Source of the DNA: Parcubacteria group bacterium
GTDB lineage: Bacteria; Patescibacteriota; Minisyncoccia; Phycocordibacterales; DATDWN01
Assembly: GCA_040079825.1 (NCBI GenBank)
Contig: JBEBJP010000001.1
Coordinates: 1-52,162, forward strand
Length of the DNA stretch: 52,162 bases
Direction: 5' to 3'
Below, piece by piece: positions 20,643 to 28,077 of this stretch. Each line of letters opens with the position of its first letter. Position 1 is the first letter of the stretch. A program made the position numbers and the translations under genes. Under the pieces are notes generated by a model. The model was not told the DNA's origin and ran no database searches. It was given only the letters and a program-made list of their open reading frames with translations.

Positions 20643-21175
20643 GGGTTTCTCTTGAAAGAGAAACTGACGGAATTCACTCGGTGACGGACGTTTGCTGTGC
20701 TTCCTAGATTTTATCATAACGGCTCATATCGTGGTATGTGAGCCGTTCACTTGTTGTCTCGTGCTTATTTCTCGCTAGTGGCAGTCCGTGGGTGCAACCC
20801 TCGGCATCCGCCTCGGGCATTTCCGCTAGGGCTACGAGCGCCTAGATTGCTAGGAGTTCTGCTTATTCCTCGCTTCGCTCGGAATGCAGAACATCTGTTT
20901 GGGGGAAGGAAGGAATCCTTCCCCCAGCTTCGCCTCGGTTCGTGCGTCCGCTTCGCGGCGCATTCCGCAGAGCGGAACAGGGCTCACCCCACCCGGCTCG
21001 CACAACCCCCTTTCTCGTTTTCATATTCATGTTCGTAGTGTCGCTTCCGATTTGACTGGAAAAGACTTTGAAAACGGCGGCGCTCGTCAGATACCGGACG
21101 CCCTAGCGGAAATGCCCGAGGCTGCATCTTGTGTGTTTGACCCACCCTCCCAGTTCGCACACACATTTTGCTCCC
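20485..21175 (+). ncRNA. Candidate large structured RNA (unclassified), GC-rich and ORF-poor
   Basis: Nested perfect helices: 20811-20832/21100-21121 (22 bp), 20485-20496/20665-20676 (12 bp). Hairpins at 20516-20536, 20718-20747, 20856-20892 and 20901-20925. Only R/P/A-rich shadow ORFs are present. The strand call is based on a single T-G wobble, so it is tentative. Confidence 0.45.
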
Positions 21176-21625
21176 TTAGATTTTTGAATACGAAACTCCT
21201 TTTCCAGTTTTACCACTTTGCTTTATTTTATTTTCTTTCTCCAGTATTTCTAGGTATCGTGTTGCTGTTGCGTCAGATACACGCAAAAACTTTTCTACTT
21301 CATCGTTGGTTATATTTGTTCGCTTCGCGAACAAAGTCATGATGTGATCGAGTTTCTTTCTTTTTCGAGTTTGGATTGCAAATCGTGCTTTGTTCAGCAA
21401 ATCTCTTGCGAGATTTGGTTTAGGAGACACAGGCTCCGCCTGTGTAGGAGAAGATGCAGGAGCAGAATCGGTTTCGACCGATTCGGGTTCGGGTTCAACT
21501 TGTTTCGTTTCCGAAACAGATTCAGAAACTAACGGCTCACTTGGTGGTACTTGAGCCGTTTGAGGTTGTGGTTCGATTGGAGCTTCTGATGAGATGTCTA
21601 TATTTGGAGCTATTTCGTCACTCAT
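21176..21625 (-). CDS. Acidic/Pro-rich protein with C-terminal winged-helix DNA-binding domain (candidate regulator)
   Basis: 149 aa. The C-terminus ITNDEVEKFLRVSDATATRYLEILEKENKIKQSGKTGKGVSY is wHTH-like. The ATG lies 6 nt after a TATAAT box, so the mRNA is probably leaderless. Confidence 0.6.
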   Translation of the reverse strand: MSDEIAPNIDISSEAPIEPQPQTAQVPPSEPLVSESVSETKQVEPEPESVETDSAPASSPTQAEPVSPKPNLARDLLNKARFAIQTRKRKKLDHIMTLFAKRTNITNDEVEKFLRVSDATATRYLEILEKENKIKQSGKTGKGVSYSKI

Positions 21626-21629
21626 CTAA

Positions 21630-21716
21630 ATATTATATACCAAACGGCTCATTTGGTAAGCCGTATTTTCAGCGTTTTTGACTTGACAAAGAGAGTGAAG
21701 TGTGCTAAGATAGATA
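21630..21716. promoter_or_regulatory. Divergent promoter/operator module, copy 1
   Basis: Rightward: TTGACA 21683-21688, 17 nt, TAAGAT 21706-21711. Leftward: TTACCA (21655-21660 rc), 16 nt, TATAAT (21632-21637 rc). The palindrome ACCAAA-N7-TTTGGT lies at 21639-21657. The module is near-identical to 24087-24170. Confidence 0.7.
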
Positions 21717-21769
21717 ACAGAGGGGAGGCGTTACGCCAAACCCAACAGTTTCGCCCATAGGAGGGCACC

Positions 21770-22423
21770 ATGCAGAACATTCTGATCATTGAAGACACCC
21801 TGAAGCACCAAGCGGCGGCGCGAGCACAGTTTCCGGAGGCAGTTGTCGTCAACTACGACGAAGCCTACGAGCTCCTGCGCGACGCACGTCACGGCGACTA
21901 CTCGGCGATCCTCACGGACCTCCACTTCAAGACGGAGAGGAACAGGATCATCCCGGCCATGCCCTTCGGCCCGCAATTCGAGCGGAACGACGGGGCGATC
22001 GGCAAGGAGTTCCCGTTCGGCCTCTGCTTCGCGCTGAAAGGCGTCGAGCTCGGGATTCCGGTCGTGATCGTCAGCGACGCCGACCATCACTCCGACATGG
22101 TCACCGCCATGCTGGATATGATGGGTTTCCTCGTTCAACCACGCGGTGGCAAGGACGAGAAGCGACACTTCATCAAAGGTGGAGGACGTGGTCCCGAGTC
22201 GTTCAGCTGGGAGAATCGGGTTCAGAATCCCCGGTTGATCAGCAAGATGTCCAACTGTCCGAAGGCGGAGGACATGCACTGGAACGGCGACGAGATCGTG
22301 TCCGCACCCCCGGTGAAGCCGGAACCGTACACCGAGCAGGGTTGGAAAACCTACGCGAACAGTCAGGTGAAAGACTGGCGCGAGGCACACCGGCTTCTCT
22401 CTGCTGTCATGGCCGAGTCGTAG
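21770..22423 (+). CDS. Receiver (REC)-like domain protein with unknown C-terminal half (GC-rich cassette 3)
   Basis: 217 aa. SD AGGAGGG. NILIIEDT...AILTDLHF...VVIVSD resembles a CheY-like fold. Strong G/C third-position bias. The antisense ORF 21731..22390 is a shadow. Confidence 0.6.
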   Translation: MQNILIIEDTLKHQAAARAQFPEAVVVNYDEAYELLRDARHGDYSAILTDLHFKTERNRIIPAMPFGPQFERNDGAIGKEFPFGLCFALKGVELGIPVVIVSDADHHSDMVTAMLDMMGFLVQPRGGKDEKRHFIKGGGRGPESFSWENRVQNPRLISKMSNCPKAEDMHWNGDEIVSAPPVKPEPYTEQGWKTYANSQVKDWREAHRLLSAVMAES

Positions 22424-22488
22424 TACAAAAGGATTCGTGCTCTTCTCCTTAAAAGAGAGCTCCTAGCAGTGGTGGTCAACTGTAGTGG

Positions 22489-22516
22489 CGTCACGATATT
22501 ATCGTGGCGTTTTTTG
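22489..22516 (+). terminator. Terminator of cassette 3
   Basis: Stem CGTCACGA/TCGTGGCG (8 bp, one G-U), loop TATTA, then TTTTTT. Confidence 0.7.
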
Positions 22517-22521
22517 TTTAT

Positions 22522-23553
22522 TTATTTTTGATTTCCCAAGATATAACCCTCAAACTTTTTTGCCAAATCATACACAGTATTTTTTGCTGGTGAATCAGGA
22601 CAGTTTTCTAGAAAACTAAGAATGTTGTCTGTGTATTCCGTGTGTGTAAATTTAGGTAAGTTGTTTTCTCCTGTAAAAGCTCCAATGAATTTAACTAAAT
22701 GAGATTTAAAATCAGCTAATTTAATCATTTTTCCTCCATCGGAAATATGTTTCAGTTTCTCATAGTATTCTTTTACCTGTTCTCCTTTGTAATCTTTTGG
22801 ATGAGATACTTCATCTACCATATCTGCCACTCTTTTTCCAAAAATTCTTTCTATTTGCTCATATGTAGCAGAAGTATCTTCAAGAGTGTCGTGAAGAAGT
22901 CCGGCAATTAAAACTTCTTCATCCTCTATTCCAAACTCTTCTTTAAGAATCTGGCATACTTCCAGAAAATGATTTCCAGTTTCTATTTCAGCAAATTTTT
23001 TACTTGCGAATTTCTTTGCTAGTTCAATTGGATTTTCTACTGTCTCCTTAGTAACATCCTCAAAGTTATACTCTTTCATTTCTAAAGCTCTTTTCATGAG
23101 ATGATCGCCAATCTCACCCCATTTGATATATTCTTTATAATCTTTTGGATCAATTAGTTTTATTTCTAAAATATCTCCATCTGGATCTTTCTCAAATTCT
23201 CCATATGGTTTAACAATACAAAACATCCTAAATTGTCTTGCTATCCCATTTCCATATGACACTTCTACATCTTGATATCCAATACATTCAATATGAAGAA
23301 CTTTCATGTTCGATTCTTCTTTTATTTCCCGTATAGCGGCTTCAGTATATGTTTCTCCTTTCTCAATAGCTCCACCTGGGGGAGTCCAGTTGTTATCTGC
23401 TCCGTGACCGACAATGACTAGTTTGTCTCCATAGAAACAATACGAATGAACACCATCCTTTGTCTCATCAGGAGTTTCTAATTCGGGAACTCCGTCAGTA
23501 TAAGTGACTTTATAAGTTTTTCCTCTATGATCAAATTGAGTTTTTATTTGCAT
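22522..23553 (-). CDS. Nudix hydrolase fused to SpoT/RelA-type HD phosphohydrolase domain
   Basis: 343 aa. Nudix box [23 protein letters not shown]. The HD motif LLHDTLEDT lies in the C-terminal half. The gene overlaps the upstream rdgB-like gene by 23 nt. Confidence 0.8.
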   Translation of the reverse strand: MQIKTQFDHRGKTYKVTYTDGVPELETPDETKDGVHSYCFYGDKLVIVGHGADNNWTPPGGAIEKGETYTEAAIREIKEESNMKVLHIECIGYQDVEVSYGNGIARQFRMFCIVKPYGEFEKDPDGDILEIKLIDPKDYKEYIKWGEIGDHLMKRALEMKEYNFEDVTKETVENPIELAKKFASKKFAEIETGNHFLEVCQILKEEFGIEDEEVLIAGLLHDTLEDTSATYEQIERIFGKRVADMVDEVSHPKDYKGEQVKEYYEKLKHISDGGKMIKLADFKSHLVKFIGAFTGENNLPKFTHTEYTDNILSFLENCPDSPAKNTVYDLAKKFEGYILGNQK

Positions 23554-24082
23554 TTAAGTATTCTTTAAGTTTTTCAACTGCTATTTTTCTCATGCTGAAA
23601 GAATTTTTCTCTTCAGCAGTCAATTCTCCAAAAGTTTTATCGTATCCTTCAGGCTGAAAGATTGGGTCCCAACCAAATCCGCCCTCACCTCGTGGAGAAA
23701 CTATTGTGCCTTTGGTATTACCTTCAAAGAACTCAACATTCCCAGATGAATCGGAGTAGCCAATTACAACTTTTGCTTCTGCGTTGTAGTTTCCAAATGT
23801 CTCTGCCAATTTATATAAACCTTCTTTTTGGATAGTCTTTAAGAACCACTTTATGAAAGGTCCAGGAAGTCCATTCATAGCTTCGAGATACAGCGAATTA
23901 TCCTCAACAATAAATTCTCCTTTCTGGTGCTTCTGTGCTTCTTCTAGCTTAGCCTTGATTATTTTGTGTGCATCCATTTCTTGGATTTCGGGCAAATCAA
24001 TATCAAGAGCCTCAACATCTCCTAAAATACTTTGAACTTCAGCTAGCTTACCTTTGTTACCTGTAATGAAATATAGTGACAT
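23531..24082 (-). CDS. rdgB: Non-canonical purine NTP pyrophosphatase (RdgB/HAM1 ITPase)
   Basis: [16 protein letters not shown]...[19 protein letters not shown] is the typical HAM1 family pattern. The start was set at the ATG at 24082, about 7 nt after the leftward TATAAT, so the mRNA is probably leaderless. The track ORF extends to 24121. Confidence 0.85.
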   Translation of the reverse strand: MSLYFITGNKGKLAEVQSILGDVEALDIDLPEIQEMDAHKIIKAKLEEAQKHQKGEFIVEDNSLYLEAMNGLPGPFIKWFLKTIQKEGLYKLAETFGNYNAEAKVVIGYSDSSGNVEFFEGNTKGTIVSPRGEGGFGWDPIFQPEGYDKTFGELTAEEKNSFSMRKIAVEKLKEYLNANKNSI

Positions 24083-24086
24083 ATCC

Positions 24087-24170
24087 ATATTATATACCAA
24101 ACGGCTCATTTGGTAAGCCATATTTTCCGCGTTTTTGACTTGACAAAGAGATTGAGAAGGTGTATAATAG
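24087..24170. promoter_or_regulatory. Divergent promoter/operator module, copy 2
   Basis: Rightward: TTGACA 24140-24145, 17 nt, TATAAT 24163-24168. The palindrome ACCAAA-N7-TTTGGT lies at 24096-24114. The ~65-bp core is almost identical to copy 1. Confidence 0.7.
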
Positions 24171-24271
24171 TACTAGAATTCCTATTCGTTATGGATAGGT
24201 GGCTCCTAGGAGCAACGGGGTTATTTTTCCTACCTCGACCAAAGGAAATCGTTCGTTTACAGGAGGTCGTT

Positions 24272-24604
24272 ATGACCAATACAGCACAGAGAGAACTCGT
24301 TGCGGGTCCATCACGTGAAGAACTCTTCGACGCACTTCGGCTTCGGCACGAAGGACGCAAGGTCACCTTCACAGTGGCTCCGTCACACATCACTGGCCGA
24401 GTACTTGCTGGAGGACGAAGGTTCGTTCCCGGCAACCTGGCCTTCCATGTTCACGTGATCGAACTCGGCAACGAGAACGATGGCAACGGTACCAACTGGC
24501 TGTTCAAACTCTACGACGAGCACGCTGTTCTCGGCTCGATGTACCTCGAAGGATACATCAATCTCACGACTCGCAAGGGTTACGTGAGACCCGCCACGAA
24601 CTAG
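24272..24604 (+). CDS. Hypothetical protein (110 aa), GC-rich cassette 4
   Basis: SD AGGAGG lies 6 nt upstream of the ATG. It has a coding-like G/C third-position bias, its own promoter and a strong terminator. No family recognised. Confidence 0.55.
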   Translation: MTNTAQRELVAGPSREELFDALRLRHEGRKVTFTVAPSHITGRVLAGGRRFVPGNLAFHVHVIELGNENDGNGTNWLFKLYDEHAVLGSMYLEGYINLTTRKGYVRPATN

Positions 24605-24616
24605 GCGATCGCAAAC

Positions 24617-24664
24617 GCTCCACACTGAAAAGCTTCACAGCTTTCACAGTGTGGAGCTTTTCTT
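24617..24664 (+). terminator. Terminator of cassette 4
   Basis: 11-bp stem GCTCCACACTG/CAGTGTGGAGC with an inner AAAGCT/AGCTTT hairpin, then a T-run. Confidence 0.75.
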
Positions 24665-24693
24665 GTATAAAAAATGATATACTTTTAGTTAAT

Positions 24694-24900
24694 ATGGCAC
24701 AGAAAATTATTTTAAAATGTGATAAATGCGGAAAAGAATTTGAACTTATGGTTGGTCATCTAAAAAGTACAGCGGGTAAAGTTCCTGACGAAGAAATAGA
24801 ACAGAAAGATGGCAAGAAAGCTAAAGTTTTCGTCTCAGAAATATTTAATCATAAGTGTGATGGAAAAATATCTCTAGAAACTGGAGCATTCGTGGATTAA
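24694..24900 (+). CDS. Small zinc-ribbon-like protein (68 aa)
   Basis: MAQKIILKCDKCGKEF...HKCDGKI has CxxC and a distal HxC. It is AT-rich. Its stop codon overlaps the stop of the DUF3800-like gene on the opposite strand. Confidence 0.45.
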   Translation: MAQKIILKCDKCGKEFELMVGHLKSTAGKVPDEEIEQKDGKKAKVFVSEIFNHKCDGKISLETGAFVD

Positions 24901-25838
24901 AATAATTTCGATTGATTTGGATTATGCTCAAAAGCTAGATCGATTTTAGATATATCATAATAATTATCCATTGATCTGATAATTGATCCGGGAACAGAGT
25001 TTATTTTAGGGAAAAATGATAAATGAAATCTATTACTATGCCCGTATTTACTATTTGTGTTTCTAGATTGTCGAATAATTCTCTTAATTAATAATTCTTG
25101 AACTATATTTGAGTTTAAAATCTCCCTTTTATTCTCATTTTTCTTGCTTTCAAAGATACCGCAATGAATATCTTTGTATATACCCGCAAGAATATCGCAC
25201 AATTCTAGTATATTGGATAAAGGATTATCCCTATGGCTTTTTGGTAAAAATTCTATTCTTTCGCATTTAAAATTTAAATGTTCGTCTTGGTCTAATTTAA
25301 AAATAGTATGCCAATCAAAATAATCATGTTCTTGTTGCGAGCCTTCTTCGTGGTAGATATTCTCAACAACCACTCCTGATCCAAAGAATTTTTTAAGAGA
25401 ATACTGAAGCATCGATCTGAAAAATCTATTGTAAATAGAGTTTAACTTTTGTTTGTCACTAAACTCCTCAATGTTAAGATTTGTAAGGTTTATAGCCGTG
25501 AGAGAAAAGTAAAATTTTCTGTCTGAAAAACAATCATCCTGTATAAATTTTAACCATCTTTCTATAATAAATTTCTTGTTAGCATCTTTACCAAAATCTA
25601 CCCAATGTATATCAGTATCATTCTCCTCCTTGCGGGACTCCCAATCTTCTTTATCTTTTAAATAACGTAGATTTATTAGATCTTCGAGAATTGGCTTATC
25701 GAGTCTTTCGTAAATAGCCACAGAGTATATCCACACTTCACTCGTTATTTTATTTTTTGTCTGCCATATCTCATCAGAATAGATATTTACATGAATCGCT
25801 TTTTTTGGATCAATTGAATCCCCGAATAAATCAATCAT
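24897..25838 (-). CDS. DUF3800-like protein, last gene of the R-M operon
   Basis: 313 aa. The N-terminal VNIYSDE and C-terminal LELCDILAGIY resemble the DUF3800 DES...ADxxAG pattern as I remember it. The gene starts 6 nt after the res stop. Confidence 0.5.
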   Translation of the reverse strand: MIDLFGDSIDPKKAIHVNIYSDEIWQTKNKITSEVWIYSVAIYERLDKPILEDLINLRYLKDKEDWESRKEENDTDIHWVDFGKDANKKFIIERWLKFIQDDCFSDRKFYFSLTAINLTNLNIEEFSDKQKLNSIYNRFFRSMLQYSLKKFFGSGVVVENIYHEEGSQQEHDYFDWHTIFKLDQDEHLNFKCERIEFLPKSHRDNPLSNILELCDILAGIYKDIHCGIFESKKNENKREILNSNIVQELLIKRIIRQSRNTNSKYGHSNRFHLSFFPKINSVPGSIIRSMDNYYDISKIDLAFEHNPNQSKLF

Positions 25839-25844
25839 AGATTA

Positions 25845-28076
25845 TTATCTCAAATCTAAAAATTTCCAATCTTTAAGATTATTCGGGTTGTATTCGTATT
25901 TCAACTTATCATGATAACGCCAACTATTTTTTTCTTTCAGTACAATCCCACCATATAATTTTTTACCTTTCTTGTTTTGCTCTGTAATATATTTTGCTAG
26001 TCCTTCGGCTCGTGATTTTGCTGTTTCAGCAGTAAGTCCTCCTTTCGTATCAAACAAACCAACATGACCTCCTTTTTGCATTACAACAAAATCAACATAA
26101 AACGGCTTCTCAACTCCATGCTCAATATGAGGTACAGCAAAATAAGAACCGTCTTTTGTCCCATTTTTAAACCACCATTCAACTGATTTTGATTTTTCTA
26201 AAAATTCTATGAAATCAACTTCAAGTTGACTATCCTCAAACAAATCTTCTGTTGCTGTTCCAGATTTTCTTGTGTAATAAGGTTGTATTATTGATTTTTT
26301 GTAATCTTTCTTTGCAAAAGATAAGGTATAGTTTATTACTTTCGGTACGTTCCATGGCTCTTCATTTTTTAGTAACTCATTTTTACCTTTTCCAACTTCT
26401 TCTTGGTACATCTCTTTTGCAAGATTGATAGTGTTAGTCATTATTTGTTGATTTTCTTCTGCAAGAACAGCGGCTTGAATCTTCGGCCATTCATCTTCGT
26501 TTCGTGATGCTTCGAAAAATGAATATATTGAGCTTTTTATACGACCGATTGAGCGTTGTTCTGGTGCGAATGGCGCAAGATTATTTCGAGCAAACATATC
26601 AAATGCGTTCTGCAATTCAACTTCGTTTTTAGGAATATCGAGTGTTCCTTTTTTCTCAATATTTTTTGATTCCTTGTCAGCGTCAGTGATCCGACCACTT
26701 GCGATTAAACTTGTTTTCAGAATGCTGTGTTTAAACGAAAATTTTTCCTTTAATTTCAATTTTTTACCAGCTTCAATAAAAAGAGGGGTGAAATCAGATG
26801 AAAGTCGTGTCTCCTCACGGAAGCGTTTTGAGTGGTAAGATAACAAATCAAGATTTTTATAATTCTTTATCCTAAGTCCTGTAAAAGTCGTAATGTAATC
26901 ACGCGACAAATCCTCTGCGACATTTATATCCTGCAAACTCGTAAATACATAGCCAACATTCAAGTCTTGATCGGCGTAATGTTTCTGTTCGGGCATACGC
27001 ATTATGCGCCCAAGTGTTTGGATAGAGAAAGTGATATTTTCTTCACGCCATTGTCTAAACAAAACCAAAATTGTCGCACGAGGACAATCCCAGCCAAGCG
27101 AAATTGCTTGCTTAAATATCATCACATCAACTTCGTTTTCGTTTTTCTCAATATTTGCTAGATTTATTTTATTATCCTTATCAGAGAGATATATCGCGAG
27201 TCGTCCATTTTCTGTTGTGTAACCAAATTTCTTGAGCAAAGCGATAATCTCATCCTTTTTATCGGATACTCCCTGCATGGCATCCGGTAATTGAATAAGT
27301 AAAAGAGGATTTACACTCGAGCCTTCGGCTTCGAGTTTTTTATGTAATTCAATTCGCTTTTTTAACGCACTTTCAAGCACGAGTTCGTCTGCCGATTTAT
27401 CGCTTTTCTTTTTATCAATAATGTAATGCTCAAAGCCCGGATTTATAATAATCTCTTTCTTGATCATCTCCTCATCCTTTACATCTTTGAGTTCCACCTC
27501 CACGATTCTATTTGCTCCAAGTTGTGGAGTTGCTGAAACTTCAATCGTAATTTTTGGTCCAATATCCTGTATTAGTTCCTTTGATTTTTCACTATTTGCT
27601 GTGTGATGACTTTCATCAATAATAAGAAAAATCATTCTGCCCTCATCTTTTGTGCGAGCAATAACACTCGTCAAATTATTATCTCGTTCGTTTGCGCGCA
27701 CATAAAGATTGTCTTTTTTATTGATACTTGCCCAGTTCAAGAATAAAATCTCATTTTCGCTAATCTTGCGGTCATCTAAATCTTCAAAATACGAACATTT
27801 TATCCCTACGCCGTTTTGGTCATAGTATTTTCTTAAATTGTTCCTGCTCTGGTCGTGTAATTTATTTACAGCAATCCATATAAACGAAAATTTTTTACTA
27901 TCTATACGAGAATCAATTAAACGCTTCAAAAACTCTGCCATCATCAGAGTTTTACCAGAACCAGTGGGTGCTTTAAAAATACAAACTTTACTTCCGTCTG
28001 TATCTAATAGTTCGTTGATTTCTCGTTTCAACTTTACGACTGCATTTTCTTGATAATTTTTGAATTCAAATATCAT
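25845..28076 (-). CDS. res: Type III restriction enzyme Res subunit (SF2 helicase-nuclease)
   Basis: 743 aa with helicase motif I KAPTGSGKT and motif II IIDESHH. It lies immediately downstream of mod. Confidence 0.85.
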   Translation of the reverse strand: MIFEFKNYQENAVVKLKREINELLDTDGSKVCIFKAPTGSGKTLMMAEFLKRLIDSRIDSKKFSFIWIAVNKLHDQSRNNLRKYYDQNGVGIKCSYFEDLDDRKISENEILFLNWASINKKDNLYVRANERDNNLTSVIARTKDEGRMIFLIIDESHHTANSEKSKELIQDIGPKITIEVSATPQLGANRIVEVELKDVKDEEMIKKEIIINPGFEHYIIDKKKSDKSADELVLESALKKRIELHKKLEAEGSSVNPLLLIQLPDAMQGVSDKKDEIIALLKKFGYTTENGRLAIYLSDKDNKINLANIEKNENEVDVMIFKQAISLGWDCPRATILVLFRQWREENITFSIQTLGRIMRMPEQKHYADQDLNVGYVFTSLQDINVAEDLSRDYITTFTGLRIKNYKNLDLLSYHSKRFREETRLSSDFTPLFIEAGKKLKLKEKFSFKHSILKTSLIASGRITDADKESKNIEKKGTLDIPKNEVELQNAFDMFARNNLAPFAPEQRSIGRIKSSIYSFFEASRNEDEWPKIQAAVLAEENQQIMTNTINLAKEMYQEEVGKGKNELLKNEEPWNVPKVINYTLSFAKKDYKKSIIQPYYTRKSGTATEDLFEDSQLEVDFIEFLEKSKSVEWWFKNGTKDGSYFAVPHIEHGVEKPFYVDFVVMQKGGHVGLFDTKGGLTAETAKSRAEGLAKYITEQNKKGKKLYGGIVLKEKNSWRYHDKLKYEYNPNNLKDWKFLDLR

Positions 28077-28077
28077 A

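Noticed and set aside
20441-20707. An 88-aa ORF and its twin 30031..30258 (75 aa) with identical N-terminal 67 aa, which could be read as a duplicated gene.
   Set aside because: They are simply translations of the two IR-A copies. The composition is R/P/S/G-rich and non-protein-like. There is no SD, and the frame diverges exactly at the repeat boundary.
20751-21342. ORFs 20751..21038, 20884..21342 and 20984..21166 inside the GC-rich region.
   Set aside because: They overlap in different frames and strands, have low-complexity Arg/Pro/Ala-rich translations and lack any SD. The region is better explained by RNA-type base pairing.
21731-22390. A 219-aa antisense ORF opposite the REC-like gene. 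The same applies to 21843..22037, 24106..24435, 24383..24625, 5866..6252, 19775..20056, 19821..20075 and 19965..20159.
   Set aside because: These are typical shadow frames of GC-rich coding DNA. In each case the chosen frame has the SD, the G/C third-position bias and recognisable motifs.
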